From NCBI GenBank assembly GCA_016716505.1, contig JADJWF010000002.1, positions 602,434 through 666,433 of the forward strand: 64,000 nucleotides of DNA. The letters run 5' to 3'. The notes under the pieces were generated by a model. The model worked only from the letters and a program-made list of their open reading frames with translations. It did no database searches and was not told the origin of the DNA. The stretch's first letter is position 1. Each line of letters opens with the position of its first letter. The position numbers and the translations under genes are program-made. Positions 58,501 through 64,000 of the stretch are shown in pieces. The DNA comes from Verrucomicrobiota bacterium. GTDB taxonomy: Bacteria > Verrucomicrobiota > Verrucomicrobiia > Limisphaerales > J093.

Positions 58501-59616
58501 ATGAAGAAAAACTGGTTCAAACGCGGCGTCTTCCTGGGCGCAGTGGCGGCCATCATCTGGGGGGTCTGTTCGCCGGGCATCGCCCAGCAGGCGCAACGTC
58601 GGACGACCAGCTCCTACGGATCGGCCACCGAGGTCGGCGAGGCGATGGTGACCTCGGACCCGGAGACGCGAAAACTGATTGTGGTGACGGACGACGAAAC
58701 CGCCCAGTACATCAGCCAGGTCATTACGAACCTGGACCGCGCCGCTCCGCAGGTGTTGATCAACGTGGTGTTCATGGAGGTCACCTATCGTGATGGCGTG
58801 GATATTGGCATCAACGGCACCTACACCTGGCAGGGCACCGACACCTCGGGAGGCGTGGTCCAGAACTTCAACGCCATGCCCGGCGGGCTCACTTCCGGCG
58901 GGACCACCGCCACCGTCATCGGGGACGATTTCACCGTCACCCTCCGCGCGCTGGCGGAGCAGGGCCGCCTGCAGGTGCTGTCGCGCCCCACGATCCTCGC
59001 CCGTAACAATCAGCAGGCAACCATCACCGTGGGACAGAGCGTGCCGCTGGTGACCGGCGTCGTGTTCGACAACTTCGGCAATCAACGCAACACCATCTCC
59101 TACCGCGACGTGGGCATCATCCTGACGGTCACGCCGTTCATCACGTCAGACGAGCTGGTCGAGATGATCGTCACCCCGGAGATCTCCAACCTGTCCGACC
59201 AGACGGTGCCGATTCTCACCGGCACCAACACCGTGGGAGCGCCGGTCATCAATCAGCGCGCGGCGGACACCGTGGTGGTAACCCCGAGCGGTCAGACGGT
59301 GGTGATCGGCGGCTTGATCCAGGACAACAAGACCAAGATCGAGAGCAAGACGCCGGTGCTGGGCGACATCCCCCTGCTCGGCGCGGCGTTCCGGCGGCGC
59401 GTGGAGCAGAACACCAAGACGGAATTGCTGATCTTCCTGACGCCGCGGATCGTCAAGCATCCCTCCGAGCTGGCGGCATTGACCACCAAAGAGCGCGGCA
59501 ACACGGTCATCATGCCCAAGTCCTTCAAACCCGAGGATCTGGACAAGATCCTCGAAGGCCAGGCGCCCCGGACCGATCCGCTGGCGGACAAGCGGAAAAA
59601 GAAGAAAGCCTCCTGA
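58501..59616 (+). CDS. gspD: Secretin C-domain protein (second half of an N domain plus the secretin beta-barrel domain)
   Basis: Own signal peptide MKKNWFKRGVFLGAVAAIIWGVCSPGIAQQ. AMVTSDPETRKLIVVTDDETAQYISQVITNLD. Secretin domain LQVLSRPTILARNNQQATI...TPVLGDIPLLGAAFRRRVEQNTKTELLIFLTPRIV. Confidence 0.85.
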   Translation: MKKNWFKRGVFLGAVAAIIWGVCSPGIAQQAQRRTTSSYGSATEVGEAMVTSDPETRKLIVVTDDETAQYISQVITNLDRAAPQVLINVVFMEVTYRDGVDIGINGTYTWQGTDTSGGVVQNFNAMPGGLTSGGTTATVIGDDFTVTLRALAEQGRLQVLSRPTILARNNQQATITVGQSVPLVTGVVFDNFGNQRNTISYRDVGIILTVTPFITSDELVEMIVTPEISNLSDQTVPILTGTNTVGAPVINQRAADTVVVTPSGQTVVIGGLIQDNKTKIESKTPVLGDIPLLGAAFRRRVEQNTKTELLIFLTPRIVKHPSELAALTTKERGNTVIMPKSFKPEDLDKILEGQAPRTDPLADKRKKKKAS

Positions 59617-59646
59617 GTCGCGGCCGGGCCTCCTCCTCCAGCGACC

Positions 59647-61203
59647 ATGACCCGGCAAACCCGACTGGTGTACGGCTCGTTACTGCTCGCGTGGCTCACC
59701 ATCGCCATCTGGCAGACCGCCGAGCACGCCCGGGTCCGGCGCATCGCCCGCGAAGCCCTCGTCAACCACGCCCGGGACGTGTCCACCACCGTCGGGCTCG
59801 TCATGCGCTCGCAGCGTCGTTTCGGCATTATCTCCAAGGAACGCATGGAATCCGCGCTGGCGGCCCTGGTGAAACCGGACGAACTCAACGCGATCGCGCT
59901 CCTGAACGACGCCGGCGAAGTGGTTGCCTCGGCTGGCGCGCCGATTGACTACGACGTCAAGGGCTTGGTCCCGCGGGGCGCCCATTGGGGCCGGGACACC
60001 GTCACGCTCGTGAACTTGGTGGACCTTGGCACCAACGTCACGGCGGAGGCCGAGGGACCACGGCCCACGCTGGTGTTACCGCGCGGCGCCTTTGGCACGA
60101 ATCGCCCCGGCCCGCCAGGCCCCCCGACCGAAGACCGGCCCAATGGCCCGCCGAATGCCGACGAAGCCCGTCCCCCGGGACCGCCCGCCGGTGATCAGCC
60201 CCCGACGCCCCCCGCCGACGCCAATGGGCCTCCGGCACCCAACCCCGCGTCCGACCGGCCCCGGTTCGGCCCGGGCGGCGGACGCCCGCCCTTCGGCAGG
60301 CCGTTTTGGATGAGCGAGGCCGAATACCGCGCCGCCATCGAGAAGCAGGGAGTTCACAGTTTCGTCGTCGTCCTGTCGGCCCGCCCGTACCGGGCCGCCA
60401 TCGGGGCGGATTTGTGGCTGCGGGGACTGGTGGGCTTGCTGGCGACCGTCGCGGTGGGCGGACTGGGGATGGCGTGGCGGGCCATGGTAAGATCGTCAGA
60501 GCTTGAAGTGCGCCTGGCCAGGGCAGCCGAGTTGAACGCCCGGCTCAAGGAGATGAACCTCGCAGCAGCGGGCCTCGCCCATGAGACGAAGAACCCGCTC
60601 AATATCATCCGCGGGCTCGCCCAGATGATCTCTCAACTCGACGCGGCACCCGCCGACGTCCGCGACAAATCGCGGTCCATCGTCCACGAAGCCGATCGCG
60701 TCACCGCGCAACTGAACGAATTCATCAATTACTCCCGGCCGCGCGAGGTCAGGCGCGCTGCGGTGTCCCTCTCGGCGGTGGTTCAGGAGGTGGTGCGGAC
60801 CCTCGCGTTCGACCTGGAGGAAAAGGAAGTTCAGCTCACCGTGCCGCCCGATTTGCCACGCGTCATCGCCGACGAACAGCTCCTTCGCCAGGCGTTGTTC
60901 AACCTCTTCCTGAACGCCATCCAGGCCCTCGAACGCGGCGGCGAAATCACCGTGGTGGCCGCGCGCGACCCCGCCCGCGGCGTCACCCTCGAGATCCGCG
61001 ACAACGGACCAGGCGTGCCCGCCGAGCACCGCCAGGACATCTTCAAGCCTTACTTCACCACCAACCAAAGAGGAACGGGCCTCGGTCTCGCGGTGGTGCA
61101 TCAGATTGTCCTCGCTCATGGCTGGGACATCGAATGCCTCGCCAACGAGCCCCGGGGCGCGGTCTTCCGCCTCTCCCAGATCCAACCGGCTCCGGCTGCC
61201 TGA
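59647..61203 (+). CDS. Sensor histidine kinase (HisKA + HATPase_c), two TM segments flanking a sensor domain with a Pro-rich insert
   Basis: H-box AAAGLAHETKNPLNIIRG, N box LFNLFLNAIQA, G boxes RDNGPGVP and GTGLGLAVV. Confidence 0.85.
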   Translation: MTRQTRLVYGSLLLAWLTIAIWQTAEHARVRRIAREALVNHARDVSTTVGLVMRSQRRFGIISKERMESALAALVKPDELNAIALLNDAGEVVASAGAPIDYDVKGLVPRGAHWGRDTVTLVNLVDLGTNVTAEAEGPRPTLVLPRGAFGTNRPGPPGPPTEDRPNGPPNADEARPPGPPAGDQPPTPPADANGPPAPNPASDRPRFGPGGGRPPFGRPFWMSEAEYRAAIEKQGVHSFVVVLSARPYRAAIGADLWLRGLVGLLATVAVGGLGMAWRAMVRSSELEVRLARAAELNARLKEMNLAAAGLAHETKNPLNIIRGLAQMISQLDAAPADVRDKSRSIVHEADRVTAQLNEFINYSRPREVRRAAVSLSAVVQEVVRTLAFDLEEKEVQLTVPPDLPRVIADEQLLRQALFNLFLNAIQALERGGEITVVAARDPARGVTLEIRDNGPGVPAEHRQDIFKPYFTTNQRGTGLGLAVVHQIVLAHGWDIECLANEPRGAVFRLSQIQPAPAA

Positions 61204-61207
61204 TCCG

Positions 61208-62587
61208 ATGTCCACCCCGCCCTCAAATGCCCTTGCCCCCGCTCGCATCCTGATCGTGGATGACGATCCCGGCCAGCGCAGTTTGCTGGATTCTTTCCTC
61301 CGCGGACAGGGCTTCGCGACCACGACCGTCGAATCCGGCGAGGCGGCTCTCGCCCGGCTCGCGGCGGAGCCCTTCGCGATGATGATCTCGGACGTGCGGA
61401 TGCCGGGAATGTCCGGCCTCGACACCCTGCGGCGCGCGCGCCAACAACGCCATGCGCTGCCCGTGCTGTTGGTCACGGCCTACGCCGACATCCGCGACGC
61501 GGTGAACGCCATGCGCGACGGCGCGGTGAATTACCTGGCCAAGCCGATTGATCTCGACGAACTGCTCGCCACCGTGCGGCGAGCAGTGGGTCTCGGCGCC
61601 ACCCCACCGCGCGGCGCGCCCGGCCAGCCCTTGCCCGCCAACCTGGTCGCCGTCAGCCCGTTGATGCAGTCCCTGATCCGCGATGCCGCGCTGGTCGCCG
61701 CGTCCGACAGCCGGGTGTTGATTTCCGGCGAAAGCGGCTCGGGGAAGGGAATGTTGGCGGAGCTGATTCATGCGTGGAGCCCGCGCGCGGGCGGACCGCT
61801 GATCAAGGTGAATTGCTCCGCGCTGACGGGACCGGAGCTGGAGACGGCGCTGTTTGGCCCGGCGGGCGAGGAGACACCCGGAGGAGCGTTCGCGGCGGCG
61901 GCCGGTGGCACGCTCGTGCTGGACGACGTGGACGGCTTGCCCGCTGCGCTGCAGGCCCGTCTGCTCCGCTGGGTGGAAGACGATGCGATCGCCCCACCAA
62001 AGGAGGCCGCTCGGCCCGCAGCGGCGGCGCGACTCATCGCGGTGACGCGCCTGGACCTCGAAGACGAGGTGACCGCCGGCCGGTTCCGCGAAGACCTCTT
62101 TTACCGGCTCAGCGTCGTCGAACTGAACGTGCCGCCGCTCCGGGAGCGGACCGCCGACATTCTGCCGCTGGCGACCATCCTCCTCGCCGAACTCACCGAT
62201 GGTCGGGCCCGCTTGTCCGCGTCGGTGAACGATCCGCTGACGCGCTATGCCTGGCCGGGGAACGTGCGGGAACTCCGCAACGCCCTCGAACGCGCCGCGT
62301 TGCTGTCGCGCGGGGAACTGATTCTGCCCGATCACCTCCCGGCGCGAGTTCGCGAAGCTGCGGCGCCCCCGGCCTCCGCCGAGCCGGGTCGCCTCGAGGA
62401 CATCGAGCGGCAAGCCATCCTCCAGGCCTTGGCCAGGCACGGGTTCAACCGCTCGGTGACCGCGCGGCACCTCGGCATCAGCCGGCGGGCGCTGCTGTAC
62501 AAGATCGCGCGGATGCGCGCCGAGGGATTGCCGGTGGATTTCCCCGGGGCGCGCGTTGAAGACCGTCCGGCGGGTGGCACTTTGTAA
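61208..62587 (+). CDS. NtrC-family response regulator (REC + AAA+ + Fis-type HTH) with a non-canonical GAFTGA region
   Basis: ILIVDDDPGQ...MISDVRMPG, Walker A GESGSGKG, GGTLVLDDVD, RFREDLFYRL, WPGNVRELRN, HTH NRSVTARHLGISRRALLYKI. Confidence 0.9.
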   Translation: MSTPPSNALAPARILIVDDDPGQRSLLDSFLRGQGFATTTVESGEAALARLAAEPFAMMISDVRMPGMSGLDTLRRARQQRHALPVLLVTAYADIRDAVNAMRDGAVNYLAKPIDLDELLATVRRAVGLGATPPRGAPGQPLPANLVAVSPLMQSLIRDAALVAASDSRVLISGESGSGKGMLAELIHAWSPRAGGPLIKVNCSALTGPELETALFGPAGEETPGGAFAAAAGGTLVLDDVDGLPAALQARLLRWVEDDAIAPPKEAARPAAAARLIAVTRLDLEDEVTAGRFREDLFYRLSVVELNVPPLRERTADILPLATILLAELTDGRARLSASVNDPLTRYAWPGNVRELRNALERAALLSRGELILPDHLPARVREAAAPPASAEPGRLEDIERQAILQALARHGFNRSVTARHLGISRRALLYKIARMRAEGLPVDFPGARVEDRPAGGTL

Positions 62588-62594
62588 GCCGAGA

Positions 62595-64000
62595 GTGCGC
62601 GCGGCTTCACACACCCAGGCGGACACCTCCCGACGGGAGGCGGTCGCGTTTCTTCGCGGCGGGCGGCAGTTTCTACGGGCTGCGGCCGGTCTGGGGTTGG
62701 CCCTTTCGCTCGCGGCGGCCGACCTGAAGTTGGCCCAACAGGATCTTCTCTCGGGGCGTTACCTGGAAGCCATCGCCGCGGCCGAGGTCGGCGTGAAGGG
62801 CGATGAGGGCCAGGAACAGTGGCACTTGGTCCGGCTCACGGGGCTGATGACCATCGGCAACTATCCCCAAGCGGGCGCGGCGTTGAGCAACGCCCTCGCC
62901 GCCGTGCCGCGCAGCATCCGCCTGCGCTGGTTGGGCCGGGACGTGCTGCGCTTCAATGGCCAATCCGAGGCCGCGAACCAGGCGGTCAAAGAGATCGTGG
63001 ATCTCGTGTCGGCGCGGAGTTGGGCTTACCGCGAAGCCGCCGATCTCGTCACCTTTGGCCGGGCGGCGCTCGCGCTGGGGGCCGACCCCAAGCAGGTTTT
63101 GGATCGCGTCTTCACCGCGGCGAAGCGCGCCGATCCCGCGTCCCGTGACGTGTTCCTCGCCAGCGGCGAACTGGCACTCGAGAAGGGCGATTTCGCGCTG
63201 GCTGCGCGCACCTTCCAGGAAGGCCTGAAACTCCTGCCGGAGGACGCGGACCTGCACTGGGGCCTGGCGCGGGCTTACGCGCCCAGCGACACCGAAGCCA
63301 TGGTGGCGGCGGTCGAGAATGCCCTGAAACACAACTCGAATCACCTCGGCAGCCTGCTCCTGCTGACCGATCAGCGCGTGGACGAGGAGAACTTCGCCGA
63401 AGCCGAGAAACTGCTGGAGCGCATCCGCGCCATCAACCCCTGGCACCCGGAGGCGTGGGCCTACGCGGCCGTCGTGGCGCACCTGCGCGAGCAGCCGGCG
63501 CGGGAGCGGGCCGCGCGGGAAATGGCGCTCCGTTTCTGGACCAACAACCCTCACGTGGACTTTCGGATCGGCGAGAAGCTGTCCCGCAACTATCGCTTCG
63601 CCGAGGGCGCGGCGGCGCAGCGGCGGGCGCTGGCGTTCGATCCCGCGTTTGTCCCCGCCAAGGCGCAGTTGGGCCAGGATCTGCTGCGCCTGGGTCAGGA
63701 CGAGGAAGGCTGGCGGCTGGTGGCCGAGGTGCAGCAGCGCGACGGCTACGACGTGACCGCCAACAATCTGATGAAGTTGCGGGACGTCATGGACCGCTTC
63801 ACCGCCGTGACCAACGAGCACTTCGTGGTGCGGATGAGCGCGAAGGAGGCGCCCCTTTACGGCGACCGCGTGCTGGCCCTGCTCGAACGGGCCCGCGAGC
63901 GCATCACCCAACGCTACGGCGTCACGCTCGACCGCCCGGTGCTGGTCGAGATCTTCCCCGAGCAGAAGGATTTTGCCGTGCGCACCTTTGGCCTGCCCGG
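62595..64000 (+). CDS. TPR-repeat protein, secreted, 3' end outside window
   Basis: My own translation of the + frame (not in the ORF track because no stop lies inside the window): ...LRAAAGLGLALSLAAADLKLAQQDLLSGRYLEAI..., TPR-like units (GDFALAARTFQEGLKLLPEDADLHWGLARAY; ENFAEAEKLLERIRAINPWHPEAWAY), ending ...VEIFPEQKDFAVRTFGLPG. The start (GTG at 62595) is tentative. Confidence 0.6.
   Translation, partial: MRAASHTQADTSRREAVAFLRGGRQFLRAAAGLGLALSLAAADLKLAQQDLLSGRYLEAIAAAEVGVKGDEGQEQWHLVRLTGLMTIGNYPQAGAALSNALAAVPRSIRLRWLGRDVLRFNGQSEAANQAVKEIVDLVSARSWAYREAADLVTFGRAALALGADPKQVLDRVFTAAKRADPASRDVFLASGELALEKGDFALAARTFQEGLKLLPEDADLHWGLARAYAPSDTEAMVAAVENALKHNSNHLGSLLLLTDQRVDEENFAEAEKLLERIRAINPWHPEAWAYAAVVAHLREQPARERAAREMALRFWTNNPHVDFRIGEKLSRNYRFAEGAAAQRRALAFDPAFVPAKAQLGQDLLRLGQDEEGWRLVAEVQQRDGYDVTANNLMKLRDVMDRFTAVTNEHFVVRMSAKEAPLYGDRVLALLERARERITQRYGVTLDRPVLVEIFPEQKDFAVRTFGLP

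Noticed and set aside
1-64000. CRISPR arrays, IS elements, integrases, prophage or classical defence-system genes
   Set aside because: I scanned ORF translations and the sequence for direct-repeat arrays, DDE/tyrosine-recombinase motifs and phage structural genes, and recognised none. Absence is based on inspection, not on HMM searches.

Overview
GC-rich (roughly 65%) bacterial chromosomal segment with about 58 protein-coding genes. I recognised no rRNA, tRNA, CRISPR array, transposase or integrase. The protein signatures suggest a PVC-group organism, probably Verrucomicrobiota (inference only): prepilin-type GFTLIELLVV...DGH proteins, a DUF2961/GH172 protein, a TPR+FG-GAP lipoprotein, and an ECF sigma factor with a HEAT tail. 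Housekeeping genes: trpA, rpmB, argJ-argB, rplM-rpsI, holA, ribBA-ribH, rfbF, nadD-rsfS, ygfZ-like, and a purine permease. Two secretion/pilus-like loci stand out. Locus 1 (5293-12341) encodes a lipoprotein secretin, a PilM/N-like fusion, PilO-like and PilP-like proteins and a GspE/PilB ATPase, but no pilin or platform gene. Locus 2 (46595-62587) is a tightly coupled 16 kb type II secretion-like operon. It runs from an LTXXQ periplasmic protein through GspE, F, G, H, I, J, K, L-like, M-like and C-like genes, then a secretin, then a histidine kinase and an NtrC-family regulator. The most unusual observation is that the locus 2 secretin is encoded as two separate signal-peptide-bearing proteins, split inside the loop of its last periplasmic ring domain. 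Four genes have broken reading frames: one in-frame TAG and three single-nucleotide indels at short homopolymer runs, one of them in the locus 2 ATPase. I cannot tell real pseudogenes from assembly indel errors using sequence alone. The supplied ORF track writes M for alternative start codons (GTG/TTG), so several starts were moved to internal ATG/GTG codons. Start coordinates are less certain than stop coordinates.
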